Origin: an uncultured Candidatus Saccharibacteria bacterium
Lineage (GTDB): Bacteria > Patescibacteriota > Minisyncoccia > Minisyncoccales > UBA5738
Length of the DNA: 64,000 nucleotides
Assembly: GCA_964470995.1 (NCBI GenBank)
Contig: CAYYEP010000002.1
Span: forward strand, 29,740-93,739
Direction of reading: 5' to 3'
Both the position numbers and the translations under genes were made by a program. Below, one piece after another: positions 38,350-48,248 of this stretch (positions are counted from its first letter, which is position 1; every line of letters starts with the position of its first letter). The notes below the pieces were generated by a model, which had not been told where the DNA came from, did no database searches, and worked only from the letters and a program-made list of their open reading frames with translations.

Positions 38350-38721
38350 TTATAAAACCAGAAAATGGTCAGAGGGCGACCAGCCGGGATTCGAAATCAC
38401 TTCAACCCAGGTTTCATTGCCAACCGCGTAATGAATCTTTCCCGGATCAATCTTGTATTTCTCGCCCGCCCGCAGGCGATATGCAGTTTCATCGGCATAA
38501 ATTACCAACTCGCCTTTGATAATCCGATAATGTTCGGTGGTTTTTTTGTGGTAATGCGGCTCGGATTTGTCGATCACCGCCACCGCCTTTCCCGAATCAT
38601 CCGGCGTTTTTGCCGGTTCAATTTCGCAAACGATCTCGGTCACAGAATCTTTGCCGCTTTGAATAATGCGCTTGCCTGGATATTTGGCTTCCAAAGCGGC
38701 AATTACTTTTTGAGTATCCAT
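38350..38721 (-). CDS. cupin domain protein
   Basis: 123 aa. HYHKKTTEHYRIIKGEL...GEKYKIDPGKIH. Confidence 0.7.
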   Translation of the reverse strand: MDTQKVIAALEAKYPGKRIIQSGKDSVTEIVCEIEPAKTPDDSGKAVAVIDKSEPHYHKKTTEHYRIIKGELVIYADETAYRLRAGEKYKIDPGKIHYAVGNETWVEVISNPGWSPSDHFLVL

Positions 38722-38733
38722 TTTTTACCGATT

Positions 38734-39750
38734 TTACGCAGTGATCTCGCCGCAAAAATTCGTTTGCATCATTTTTTTGATCTCCTCCAAATCTTTTGTT
38801 TGCGCCAATATCCACATCAGTTTGGTTACCGCCGCCTCGGAGGTCATATCAAATGCCGAAATTGCGCCCGCTTCCAGCGCGGCTCCGCCGGCTTCGTATA
38901 AAAACATTTTTGCTGAACCTTCCACGCACTGGGTTGCAATTACCACCGGGATGCCCGCTTTAACCGCCTTATTAATTGCTGGAACTAACGAAAGATCGCC
39001 GCTGGGTACATTGCCCGCGCCGTAAGAATTCAAAACAATACCCCTAACGCCGCTATCAATCGCCCCTTCAATATATTTTGAGTTTAGACCCGGAAAAATC
39101 TGGTAGAACATCACTTCGCTCTCAAAATCAGGAAGATATTTCAATTCTCCTTCTTTTGGATGGCAAACTCTTTCGGCATTTATTTCCGGCTCCAGCGCAA
39201 TGCACCCCAGCGGCAAAGCCACCGGCGACCAAAAAGCGTTTAGTTTGGATTCGCTCCGTTTTTGCGCCCGGTTGCCGCGTAAAATTTTGGTTCCGAAAAC
39301 AATACAAACTTCCGGTATGTCTAACAATGCCGTTTTGGCCGCGTTTATCAAGTTGTTCTGGGCATCGCTGGCCAGATCAAAAATAGGTTTTTGCGCCCCA
39401 GTCAAAACCACCGGCTTTGATAAATTTTGCAAAGCAAAAGATAGGGCCGAGGCAGTATAGGCCATAGTGTCGGTGCCATGCGCCACCACAAACCCGTCAT
39501 ACTTGTTGTAATTTTCGCAAATAACCAGCGCCAATTTCTTCCATATGCCAGGATGCATATTGGTACTGTCGATATTGGCCACAAACTTGAAATCAAAATC
39601 CGCCAGATTATTAATGCCTGGAACCAATACTAATAGATCCTGAAAATCCGCGGCCGGACCCAATAGTCCATTTTCTTTTTTCACCATCCCAATGGTTCCG
39701 CCGCAAGAAATAAAGCAAATTTTCTTTTTCATAATCATATTGTCTCTCAA
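38734..39750 (-). CDS. type I L-asparaginase
   Basis: CGGTIGM nucleophile loop and HGTDTM. 338 aa. Confidence 0.85.
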   Translation of the reverse strand: MRDNMIMKKKICFISCGGTIGMVKKENGLLGPAADFQDLLVLVPGINNLADFDFKFVANIDSTNMHPGIWKKLALVICENYNKYDGFVVAHGTDTMAYTASALSFALQNLSKPVVLTGAQKPIFDLASDAQNNLINAAKTALLDIPEVCIVFGTKILRGNRAQKRSESKLNAFWSPVALPLGCIALEPEINAERVCHPKEGELKYLPDFESEVMFYQIFPGLNSKYIEGAIDSGVRGIVLNSYGAGNVPSGDLSLVPAINKAVKAGIPVVIATQCVEGSAKMFLYEAGGAALEAGAISAFDMTSEAAVTKLMWILAQTKDLEEIKKMMQTNFCGEITA

Positions 39751-39752
39751 CC

Positions 39753-41549
39753 TTAATTTCGGTTTTTGATTTTGGCAAGGACTTCGGCGATAAAATCTTT
39801 TTTTGAAATTGTGCGGGCGGCTTTGGCGCCGCGGTCGCGAACAGATAGCGTTTCAGACTGCTTCTCTTTATCTCCAATCACCAAAACATAAGGAATCTTT
39901 TCGCCGGCGGCTTTGCGGATCTTGTTGCCCAGGGTCTCGTCGGCAGAATCAACTTCCGCGCGAATACCCGCTTGCCGAAACTCATCGGCCAGCTTTTGGC
40001 AAAAATCAACGTGCGCTTCGCCCACCGAAAGGATTTTAGCCTGCACCGGCGACAGCCAAACCGGGAACGCCCCAGCGTAATGCTCAATCAACAACCCGAT
40101 AAATCTTTCGAATGATCCAAACAGCGCGCGATGCAGCATATACGGCCGCTCTGGCTCGCCCTTTTGATTCACAAATGACATTCCAAATCTTTCCGGCAAA
40201 TTGAAATCAAACTGCAAGGTAGAACACTGCCATTCCCGGCCCAAAACATCCTTTATCTTGAAATCAAGCTTGGGCCCGTAAAACGCCGCCTCACCCAGCT
40301 CCTCTTTAAAGTTTAATCCACTTCCTTTGGCAACGTTGCGCAAAATATTTTCGGTAAATTCCCATCCTTCGTCATCACCGGCGTATTTTTCCTTTTTCTG
40401 CGGATCGCGCAACGATAAATAGACATTCACCGATTCCATCGGAAAGCCAAACGCCCCGTACACATAAGCGATAAAATCAATCACGCGCTTAAGCTCGTCC
40501 TCCACCTGCTCCTTGCGGCAAATAATATGCGCGTCATCCTGCGTAAAACCGCGCACGCGCGTCAATCCGGAAAGCTCGCCTTTTTTTTCATAACGGTAAA
40601 CCGTGCCGCACTCGGCCCAGCGCATCGGAAATTCCCGGTACGAATGCAAATCGTTTTTGTATATCCGCACGTGGAACGGGCAATTCATCGGCTTAAGCAG
40701 ATACTGCTCCGATTCTTCAAGTTTTTTACCGGTTTTCAAGTCCTCTAATGACTGGCCCACTTCCATTGCCGGATACATACTCGATGAATAAAACCCCCAA
40801 TGGCCGGATTTTTCCCACAACCTCCGATTGCCGATATGGGGAGTGCGTACCAATTCATAGCCCGCCTTCAAGTGAGCGTCATACCAAAAATCCTCGATCA
40901 CGCGCCAAAGCATCGCCCCATTGGGATGCCATAACGCCAATCCCAATCCCGCGTCTTCATCAATATGAAACAGGTCAAGCTCTTTTCCAAGTTTGCGATG
41001 ATCGCGCTTTTCCGCCTCCTCCAAATTTTTCAGATACGCTTCAAGTTCGGACTTGGAACTAAATGCCGCTCCATAAAGGCGAGTCAGCATTTTATTTTTT
41101 TCATTGCCTTTCCAATAAGCTCCGGCAATCTTTTGCAGTTTAAATCCGTCTATCGCCAAATCCTTGCCCGATTCAATATGCGGCCCGCGGCAAAGATCAA
41201 TAAAATCGCCGCTCCGGTAAACTAAAAACTTTTGTTCACCCTCGTTTTCCAAATCGGAAATAATCTCTAGTTTATATGGCTGGTCCGCAAAAATTTCCCG
41301 CGCCGCATCCAGCGAAACCTCGCGCCGCTCGAACGTCACCCCGCCGCCGATGATTCTTTTCATCTTAATCTCGATCTCTTTTAAATTTTCAGGCGCCAGA
41401 TTTTTTCCGGCCAGATCAAAATCATAATAAAAACCATCTTCGATCGCCGGACCAATACCAAACTTCGCCTCCGGATATAGGCTTTTTACCGCCGCCGCCA
41501 TTATATGCGCCAGCGAATGTCGCGCCGCCTCAATTTTATTATTTTCCAT
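39753..41549 (-). CDS. thrS: threonine--tRNA ligase (no N-terminal TGS domain)
   Basis: 598 aa. Editing-domain HSLAHIMA, class II core (YRYEKKGELSGLTRVRGFTQDDAHI), C-terminal anticodon-binding domain. Confidence 0.95.
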   Translation of the reverse strand: MENNKIEAARHSLAHIMAAAVKSLYPEAKFGIGPAIEDGFYYDFDLAGKNLAPENLKEIEIKMKRIIGGGVTFERREVSLDAAREIFADQPYKLEIISDLENEGEQKFLVYRSGDFIDLCRGPHIESGKDLAIDGFKLQKIAGAYWKGNEKNKMLTRLYGAAFSSKSELEAYLKNLEEAEKRDHRKLGKELDLFHIDEDAGLGLALWHPNGAMLWRVIEDFWYDAHLKAGYELVRTPHIGNRRLWEKSGHWGFYSSSMYPAMEVGQSLEDLKTGKKLEESEQYLLKPMNCPFHVRIYKNDLHSYREFPMRWAECGTVYRYEKKGELSGLTRVRGFTQDDAHIICRKEQVEDELKRVIDFIAYVYGAFGFPMESVNVYLSLRDPQKKEKYAGDDEGWEFTENILRNVAKGSGLNFKEELGEAAFYGPKLDFKIKDVLGREWQCSTLQFDFNLPERFGMSFVNQKGEPERPYMLHRALFGSFERFIGLLIEHYAGAFPVWLSPVQAKILSVGEAHVDFCQKLADEFRQAGIRAEVDSADETLGNKIRKAAGEKIPYVLVIGDKEKQSETLSVRDRGAKAARTISKKDFIAEVLAKIKNRN

Positions 41550-41556
41550 ATTTTTG

Positions 41557-41739
41557 TTTATTTATCTGCCGGAATACTCCGCCGGCTTTGCCACGGGGAT
41601 GAATGGCTGCCCGTAGCGTCGCGGCGGCTATAAATAAACTTTTCCTAACACGCGCGCAAGCGAAGCGGAAGGAATGCCTCGAGGCTCATCGTTTCGAATG
41701 CGAACCGCCCAGCGGTCAGCCCCGGAGTAGTTTATTTTA
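41557..41739 (+). repeat. GC-rich repeat family A, full-length 183-bp copy (A2) inside the thrS 5' UTR
   Basis: TTTATTTATCTGCCGGAATACTCCGCCGGCTTTGCCACGGGGATGAATGGCTGCCCGTAGCGTCGCGGCGGC...CCCCGGAGTAGTTTATTTTA. By eye about 85-90 percent identical to the reverse complement of 52969..53119 over the first ~115 bp. Confidence 0.8.
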
Positions 41740-41793
41740 AATACATTTTGCCGCAGCCTAACCTTATCGGATATCCACAAGATTAATCCTCCC

Positions 41794-42009
41794 AAAAAAC
41801 GCAAAACCTCGCCCAAACACTAAATCATCAAATTTAGTATTAGGGCGAGGTTTTTTGCTCTCGCGGTTCCACCTAAGTTACTCCCGCCTTGGCAAGAATA
41901 TCTCTTTTTGCCGTTTCAGCTTGGACCATTCAAGGTTCCCGTCTTTTATCCGGGATTGCGATTGGTAGCCGCAACGATTGCTTCCATGGCAATATTCTGT
42001 TATAGACTC
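41794..42009 (-). promoter_or_regulatory. T-box riboswitch leader (Thr) of thrS
   Basis: T-box core AGGUGGAACCGCG (41874-41862). The antiterminator has helix UUAGG/CCUAA, a 7-nt bulge UGGAACC and helix GCGAG/CUCGC. The competing terminator is CCUCGCCC (41850-41843) / GGGCGAGG (41814-41807) plus UUUUGCGUUUUUU. Thr codons sit at GAA-ACG-G (41914-41912) and ACC-A (41966-41964). Confidence 0.8.
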
Positions 42010-42038
42010 ATCTTAATTCCGCAAAACCAAGATGTCAA
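42010..42038 (-). promoter_or_regulatory. sigma-70-like promoter of the thrS leader
   Basis: TTGACA (42038-42033), 17-nt spacer, TAAGAT (42015-42010). Confidence 0.6.
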
Positions 42039-42073
42039 TAGTAGTATGCAACAAAACCCGCTCATCTCGAATA

Positions 42074-42105
42074 TAAAAAGCCCCGGAATCTTCAAAGATC
42101 GGGGC
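42074..42105 (-). terminator. rho-independent terminator
   Basis: GCCCCG...CGGGGC stem followed by TTTTT on the minus strand. The stop codon of the upstream ORF lies within the hairpin. Confidence 0.65.
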
Positions 42106-42436
42106 CATACAACACTAAAATTTTTTCCATAATCTTGGCGGGATCATTCTCTGCCGGATCAACCGGATAACACGTAAAACCCGCCCTCGCCAGCACATTC
42201 CTAATTATGGCGCAATCTATAAATTCGGAACCGATAATCAACGCCGTCCGCATACCCACCATGTACACCCGGTAACAGCCCGGAATTTCAAAGATCGCCC
42301 GCGCCAATTCGTTCGCTATCGGGTTTTCGGCAAAATCCCTCTGCCTGGTATCCCGGTAAATCGTAACATATAAGTAATCGTTAACGGCTTTACTAATATC
42401 TCCCGTAATTATTTTCCTGGTTTTTCTTTCCGCCAA
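42092..42436 (-). CDS. hypothetical protein
   Basis: The track ORF reaches 42520. A TTG at 42436 is preceded by GGAGGTGAGCT, giving 114 aa. No family recognised. Confidence 0.45.
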   Translation of the reverse strand: MAERKTRKIITGDISKAVNDYLYVTIYRDTRQRDFAENPIANELARAIFEIPGCYRVYMVGMRTALIIGSEFIDCAIIRNVLARAGFTCYPVDPAENDPAKIMEKILVLYGPDL

Positions 42437-42523
42437 AAGCTCACCTCCAATTCGACATATTTCAATGATAATATCGCCAATGCGGCATCTTGATTCCCCG
42501 AACAAACCCGATATCCGCAAACT

Positions 42524-42695
42524 AATGAATCTCCCCGGCCTTACGCCACGGGGTATTTTCGTTGAACCGCCTTCCGCTTTGCTCCAGGCATCCCCCGCAT
42601 ACTGCGGGGGAAAATCTTCATCCCCACGCTTCCTCCCGATTACGGGAGGCGCCCCGCCGCAGTCGCGGCGGAAAACGCGCGGGGTATTAAGATTT
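42524..42695 (-). repeat. GC-rich repeat family B, 172-bp copy (B2)
   Basis: The reverse complement aligns with 30496..30623 at both termini and the core. It carries an extra ~45-bp module (CCGCCGCGACTGCGGCGG, CCTCCCGTAATCGGGAGG). Confidence 0.8.
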
Positions 42696-42715
42696 GTTCA
42701 ATAATGATTGCGATT

Positions 42716-44554
42716 CTAGCGCCCTAATTCATGGCACATTTCCAAAAAAGTCGCGTTGCTCCAAGCCTGGTTTGGGCATCCCGCCGGCGCATAGCCGCTT
42801 GCCGAACTGATCTCCGAAGCGCACCCAACCGCGCTATGCCACAAAATATCATTTGCGCTTGCCTCAAAAATTCTTTCGATATAATTCGCGTACCCGGATT
42901 TATCCAAACGAACCATTGATACCGCCGCCAGGTTGTTTACCCAAAACCACGAATCACCGTTATGATATGCCGCCGGATCGATTCCGGCATCATCTCCTTT
43001 AAAATCAGGGTCTTTTTTATCCAAAGTACTCAATCCGCCCCAATCAAGCCATAAAGCCTTTAACGCCGCATCGAAAACCCCTCGCCACTCGTTTTTCTTC
43101 AACAGCTGCGGATAAATATAAGCCGCCAAAAAAATATTCGGCCGGTGACAAAATTCCGCCTTACCTTCCAAATCAATCCTGTCGGCCAGATTGCCATTAT
43201 GGAAAAATTTTTTTCTCACGGCCGCCGCGGTCTTTTCTTCCAAATCGGAATAATACGATCGCTTCTTCATATCGAACGCGATTGCTCCCGCCAATCCATA
43301 CATATTCAACCGTAAGGCCTGAATCTCAACCGCCGCGCCGCCGCGATCCAGGCTATCCATCCATGTCATCTTTGGCTTATGAACCGCCAAAAAATTTTTT
43401 GTATCTTCGGCCAAAAGCCGCTCAATTGCTCTTTCAAGCCCAAAAAATATCCTCTCAATTTCGTTTATATTCGCCTTCTCGTTTTTTATAAATTCCGCCG
43501 CGCGCAAAAAAAGCCATCCAACCGCATCTGCCGAATCCTTGTACTCATAGCCTTCGGCCGCCAAATCATCTATTTGCCGCCAGAGTATCTCTTTGGCCGC
43601 CTTTCGGTCGCAAAATGACATCCCCCTCAATGACACCGCTTCATCCCGCCGCCATACCTGAAAAAACCAAGGCAGGCCGGCGCGCAACGCCTCACGCCCG
43701 CCCTTTTTTACGCGCATCATTCCCAAAGCATTGGCGGCCGCTTCCCTCGCCGGACACATCCCGCCCGCCTTCTTTACGGCCGATAAATTTTTATTCAAAT
43801 TTTCTGTATCCGGCGGCAAAGCCTTTTTTTTGGCGCGGCCTGCGGCGCGCCACGCCTCCCGGGCCGTTCTAATTGCTTCTTTTCTATTAACCCCGGCCCC
43901 GATCGCAATCCTCGATACCGCTAGTTCCACAGGCTTAAAAACCCACCTTTCGGCCGGCTCGTCTTGCCGCAATCGGTCGTTTTTGTAACTATGTTTTATC
44001 CATTCTTCGTTTGTTTCAACCATTCCAAAATCGCCCCAAAGTGCGACAAAAAAATCCGGCAAAAAACCTCCCGCCTGTTTAAAACTTACCATTACCGCGC
44101 CGTCCTCCATCCATACCCGGTAATTCCGACCGAACTCCGGCGAATCATACGCGTCTTTAATATCAAAAAAAATTTCTATCGGCGAAAACTTTTCCAGTTC
44201 GTAAAACAGGCTGTTGGACCCCAACAATCGAAAAGTCTCTCCAAATTCCGTCCCGGCCCTTTTAACGTTATCGCTTCCCGCCGCTATACTCTCTATGGCC
44301 CCGCGGCCGCACGGCCGGATATCTTCAATAATTTTTACGAAACGCCCGCCGTCCAAAGATAAAAACCAGCCCTGATAACGGCTGGCGATTTTACCGCCCG
44401 TCCATAAAAAACTGCCGTCCTTTGCCAGCATCAGGCTGGCATCTTCCGTATCAACGGTTTTTATTAACTGCCGGTTGTTATCGAAATTATGGATGATTTC
44501 CACGTAATAAACAAAAAATATTAAAACTAACCCGCTCGGACAGAACAAAATCAA
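42716..44554 (-). CDS. amylo-alpha-1,6-glucosidase / glycogen debranching enzyme-like
   Basis: C-terminal (alpha/alpha)6-type pattern (AYHNGDSWFWVNN, NQAWSNATF). Start uncertain: TTG 44554, or GTG/ATG downstream. Confidence 0.75.
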   Translation of the reverse strand: MILFCPSGLVLIFFVYYVEIIHNFDNNRQLIKTVDTEDASLMLAKDGSFLWTGGKIASRYQGWFLSLDGGRFVKIIEDIRPCGRGAIESIAAGSDNVKRAGTEFGETFRLLGSNSLFYELEKFSPIEIFFDIKDAYDSPEFGRNYRVWMEDGAVMVSFKQAGGFLPDFFVALWGDFGMVETNEEWIKHSYKNDRLRQDEPAERWVFKPVELAVSRIAIGAGVNRKEAIRTAREAWRAAGRAKKKALPPDTENLNKNLSAVKKAGGMCPAREAAANALGMMRVKKGGREALRAGLPWFFQVWRRDEAVSLRGMSFCDRKAAKEILWRQIDDLAAEGYEYKDSADAVGWLFLRAAEFIKNEKANINEIERIFFGLERAIERLLAEDTKNFLAVHKPKMTWMDSLDRGGAAVEIQALRLNMYGLAGAIAFDMKKRSYYSDLEEKTAAAVRKKFFHNGNLADRIDLEGKAEFCHRPNIFLAAYIYPQLLKKNEWRGVFDAALKALWLDWGGLSTLDKKDPDFKGDDAGIDPAAYHNGDSWFWVNNLAAVSMVRLDKSGYANYIERIFEASANDILWHSAVGCASEISSASGYAPAGCPNQAWSNATFLEMCHELGR

Positions 44555-44576
44555 TCAAAAAGAATCATTTAAGAAA

Positions 44577-46394
44577 CTAGTTTCTATTAGTTTCCGAATT
44601 TATCGCTTTATTATGCGCGCTGACATAGTTCTCAACCAGCCTTTCCCAATCAAAATTCTCCACCAGTTCCCGCGCGTTAATCTTGTTTTCGACGCGCTCG
44701 TGCCCGGACAACGCCGCATAATCGTAAAGCATCGCCCCTAACTGCGCCACAATGTCTGGTTCTTGCTTGCCAAAATTATTAACAATAAAAATTCCCGGGC
44801 AACGGCTGTCGCGCGGCAAACGCGACAAATACCGGCCCAAACCGCTTAAATCGCTGGTAATTGATGCCACCCCCTCCGCCGCCGCCTCGATTGGCGTGTA
44901 ACCCCAGGGCTCGTAATATGACGGAAACACCCCCAAGTGGCACCCCTGGATTGCTTCCTGCATACTCAAATTAAGCAAACGATCGTTTTCGCTTAAATAA
45001 CTGGGATAAAAAACCACCTTCACCCGGTCATCTTTGGAATTAGCCAGCCCCTGTTCGGCCAAAGCGCTCATAATCGCATCGTTGCGATAGCCTAGCTCAT
45101 GCGTACAAACCGGAGGATTACCGCTTCTCTTTGCCTTGCGCAATTTACGATCCAGTTCCCGGTGCGCTTCTTCACTAAAAATATCAGTACTCTTCAAATC
45201 CGAATCGGACACCAGCGAATACATAAAACTTTCCGTTATCGCCGCCGAATTTTCATCCACGAATTGTTTGATATCGTAATAATTGCCGCGGCCTTCGGTT
45301 AAATCGCTCTTAATACCGGTAGTCTTCGACGGAATCCACAAAAACGCCACAATCGTTTTGGGACTCCTCTCCTGCTTCAGCCGGCGATTCAAGTCTCCCA
45401 GCGCCTTGATAAAAACATCTGCTCCCTTGGCATGAAATTCATACCTTGCCATCATAAAATAAAAAAGCGTGTTCTTTAGGTCGAATGTGTAATAAGGAAA
45501 AAAATTATAAAAAATGAACTCCCGGATACGGCCGCGCTGGATGCGATGTTTGATTGCCGCTTCTTCAAAACTCAAATATCCGCCCACGTCCAAACCGTTG
45601 GGTAAAAAAATATCGGGCGTACGGCCCAAAAAATACTGGCATTCCACCCCGGTAATTTCGCTCACGGTCGTAAACACCGTCGCTTCATTGGCAGCCGCCT
45701 TTTCCAGCAAATGTTTTGCCTGAATATGATAGTTATAGGCCTCCTTTTGCGCATCGATACGCTCAATATCCGCGTAAAGATCGATATTATTAAACGCCAA
45801 ACTTCTTCCCAGTGTCGTGGCATGAGTGGTAAATATCGAAGAAATGTTGCTCTGGCAAAATTTTTTGGCGAATAAAAGCGCTGAACCCGCCAGCCATTCG
45901 TGGCAATGGATCGCCATCTTTTTTTCCGCAAAAACCCGCTGTAATTGTTCAATCAATTTTCCCGCCGCCCATCCCCACACCACCGGCTCGTCAAATTCAA
46001 ATCCCGACTCCATCGAATCGATCTTGTACGAATTCCAAAGCTCGAATTTATAATGATTTATCCCCGGCCATAAACTGGAAAAATCAATCAAAATAACCTG
46101 CGGCTCACCTTCGATCAGCCACCTTCCGAAATGGCATTTGATTCCCTGATTCTCCAGATGCGAGAAAACCTCCTCCAAGCGTCCCTCGGGCATCTTTTCC
46201 TCAAACTGATATTTTGAATTCTGGGAAAGATAGGGACCCACCAATATATAGCCTTGGCGGTAGCGCTTCACCGTTTGCGCCGCTTTTGTCGCCAAAACGG
46301 TATTGATCCCGCCAATCTTGTTGCAAACCTCCCAGGAAATTTCCAGGAGCATATCTGCCTGTGGTACCAACGTTGTTTTTTTAATTTCAGCCAT
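44577..46394 (-). CDS. glycogen synthase, eukaryote-type (GT3 family)
   Basis: EISWEVCNKIGGINTVLATKA and HCHEWLAG match the N-terminal signatures of animal/fungal glycogen synthases. ATG at 46394 within track ORF 44577..46409. Confidence 0.8.
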   Translation of the reverse strand: MAEIKKTTLVPQADMLLEISWEVCNKIGGINTVLATKAAQTVKRYRQGYILVGPYLSQNSKYQFEEKMPEGRLEEVFSHLENQGIKCHFGRWLIEGEPQVILIDFSSLWPGINHYKFELWNSYKIDSMESGFEFDEPVVWGWAAGKLIEQLQRVFAEKKMAIHCHEWLAGSALLFAKKFCQSNISSIFTTHATTLGRSLAFNNIDLYADIERIDAQKEAYNYHIQAKHLLEKAAANEATVFTTVSEITGVECQYFLGRTPDIFLPNGLDVGGYLSFEEAAIKHRIQRGRIREFIFYNFFPYYTFDLKNTLFYFMMARYEFHAKGADVFIKALGDLNRRLKQERSPKTIVAFLWIPSKTTGIKSDLTEGRGNYYDIKQFVDENSAAITESFMYSLVSDSDLKSTDIFSEEAHRELDRKLRKAKRSGNPPVCTHELGYRNDAIMSALAEQGLANSKDDRVKVVFYPSYLSENDRLLNLSMQEAIQGCHLGVFPSYYEPWGYTPIEAAAEGVASITSDLSGLGRYLSRLPRDSRCPGIFIVNNFGKQEPDIVAQLGAMLYDYAALSGHERVENKINARELVENFDWERLVENYVSAHNKAINSETNRN

Positions 46395-46617
46395 ATCTAA
46401 AAATAGCAAATTGTAAAATTAAGTTCTTTTAAAAATACGCGCCGGCGAAAACAATCTTCGATGCCAATCAAAACACAAACAGTCCGACGCGCTTTATTTG
46501 GTAAAACTCCGGATTGCTCGCCCGACTATGGCAACCTCAACAGATATCGCAATTCCCGCAAATATTTGCGCCGCTTTGTATTCTCCTTGGCAAACGCCCG
46601 GTTCCAATGAATATTTT

Positions 46618-46905
46618 TTACCAGTATTTGGACACTTCAAGCTTGCTCGCCACTCTCTTTGCCGCTGTCTTCGGACTTTTCACCTTCCGCAAAGACAATC
46701 CCAGCTGCCTGTCGCCGAAAACCCCCTCCACCCAGCTGGCAAAATCATTCTTTTCCGCGGTCACATGGTAATTCCAAACTTCAGCATCCATTGTATCCAA
46801 GGCGTCTTTAAGCTCTTTTAAATTTTTCAGCGTCCGCCCGTTGGATAGCCAAAAACTTTTTTCCGGCTCGGTATCTTCAATTATCGATGATTTATTTAAT
46901 TCCAT
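46618..46905 (-). CDS. small conserved-looking protein embedded in the glucan cluster
   Basis: 95 aa. FWLSNGRTLKNLKELKDAL...WNYHV...NDFASWVEGVFGD. Family not assigned. Confidence 0.5.
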   Translation of the reverse strand: MELNKSSIIEDTEPEKSFWLSNGRTLKNLKELKDALDTMDAEVWNYHVTAEKNDFASWVEGVFGDRQLGLSLRKVKSPKTAAKRVASKLEVSKYW

Positions 46906-46931
46906 TTTATTCGAAAATGAAGGATAAAGAT

Positions 46932-48158
46932 TTACTCGCCGACCTTTAAAATTATTTTTTGATTTTCCGATTTTATTTTTTCAAGCCTTATCTTGAGGTC
47001 ATCGAAAATATTCATAAACGCGATAAATGATTCGTAAGGCGTGTCATAAGGATTAAAATATTTATGCACATCCCCGTCCGAAAACCACTTCGTACACATA
47101 TAGTAAAAATGGTCGCTAGTCTGGAGTTTGCGCCAACGATCGATCAGGCCGTCGTCGGCGGTTTCCTTGATCTCTTTCTCCAGCGAATATATCTTTTCCA
47201 GCGCCGCGGCTTGCATTTTGTTTCCCAGCCACGCGCTCAAGTCGCGCTCCATATCAGCCCAGGAAACCAACCGCCAAAAATCAAGCTCTCCCGCGGGCTC
47301 GCAATTCTTCGCCAGCCGCGACGGCGTGGTAAAAGTATTATGCGGGGTTTCCAATGCCTGCCACACGAACGCTTCAAAAAACTTGAAAATTCCGGTCTCT
47401 TCCCACTGGTGTTCGCCAAACGTCTCATAATCCATGAAAAGATTCAATGTTTGCGCTGCCGAATCAATATTCAAAAGATTAACCCAGCTCACATATTTTT
47501 CCGCGGTCAGCGGCCATTCCTTCCAATCGCGGTTGGAAAAACGGAAGCCGACATCATCGCTCAACCGGTAATTTCTCACTAAAAGCCTTAATGGCAAATC
47601 TTTGGCGGTATATAAAAAATTCGGCGATCGCCACCCCAATATTTCATCCCAGCCCTCTGCCAGCATTCCGGTAAAACCCATCTGATGAACCTCGCGGGCT
47701 ATATCATTATTATACACCAGCTCGGTATTGCGGAAAAACCGCGGCTCATATCCGAAAAGCCGGCCAAACATCTTATTCTGCTTTTCAACCTGCGACCGGA
47801 ATTCATTCTTCGAATAAACCGACGCCAGCGAATGATAATAGGTTTCAGAAACCAATTCGCAACATCCCGTACTCACCAGGTCATTAAAACTTTTCAGCAC
47901 CTCCGGATAATCCGCCTCCAGCTGCTCCAGCAATATCCCGGTAATACTCATACTCACCTTGAATTTACCCTGCGTATTTCGGATCAGCTTCAAAAGCATC
48001 CTATTGGTCGGAAGATAACTCTTACGCACAACCTTATCCAAAATCTGTCGGTTTTTCTCATTGTCAAAATAATCGTTATGCATACCCACGTCAAAAACCG
48101 AAAGCTTTTTCAAGCGCCGCGGCTGGTGCGTGTGTAAATATAAGCATATTGCCGGCAT
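46932..48158 (-). CDS. glycoside hydrolase family 57 protein
   Basis: LYLHTHQPRR, SETYYH and FRNTEL motifs. ATG at 48158 within track ORF 46932..48206. Confidence 0.8.
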   Translation of the reverse strand: MPAICLYLHTHQPRRLKKLSVFDVGMHNDYFDNEKNRQILDKVVRKSYLPTNRMLLKLIRNTQGKFKVSMSITGILLEQLEADYPEVLKSFNDLVSTGCCELVSETYYHSLASVYSKNEFRSQVEKQNKMFGRLFGYEPRFFRNTELVYNNDIAREVHQMGFTGMLAEGWDEILGWRSPNFLYTAKDLPLRLLVRNYRLSDDVGFRFSNRDWKEWPLTAEKYVSWVNLLNIDSAAQTLNLFMDYETFGEHQWEETGIFKFFEAFVWQALETPHNTFTTPSRLAKNCEPAGELDFWRLVSWADMERDLSAWLGNKMQAAALEKIYSLEKEIKETADDGLIDRWRKLQTSDHFYYMCTKWFSDGDVHKYFNPYDTPYESFIAFMNIFDDLKIRLEKIKSENQKIILKVGE

Positions 48159-48248
48159 CGTATTTAAATTCCAATTACCAAATTCCAAACTCGAATCAAA
48201 TTGCAATAACCAAAATTATAATATCCCAAAAAATACATTCTCATCATT

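Noticed and set aside
41628-41816. 62-aa minus-strand ORF between the T-box and thrS
   Set aside because: It lies entirely within repeat copy A2 and the thrS 5' UTR. Its composition reflects the repeat, not a coding sequence.
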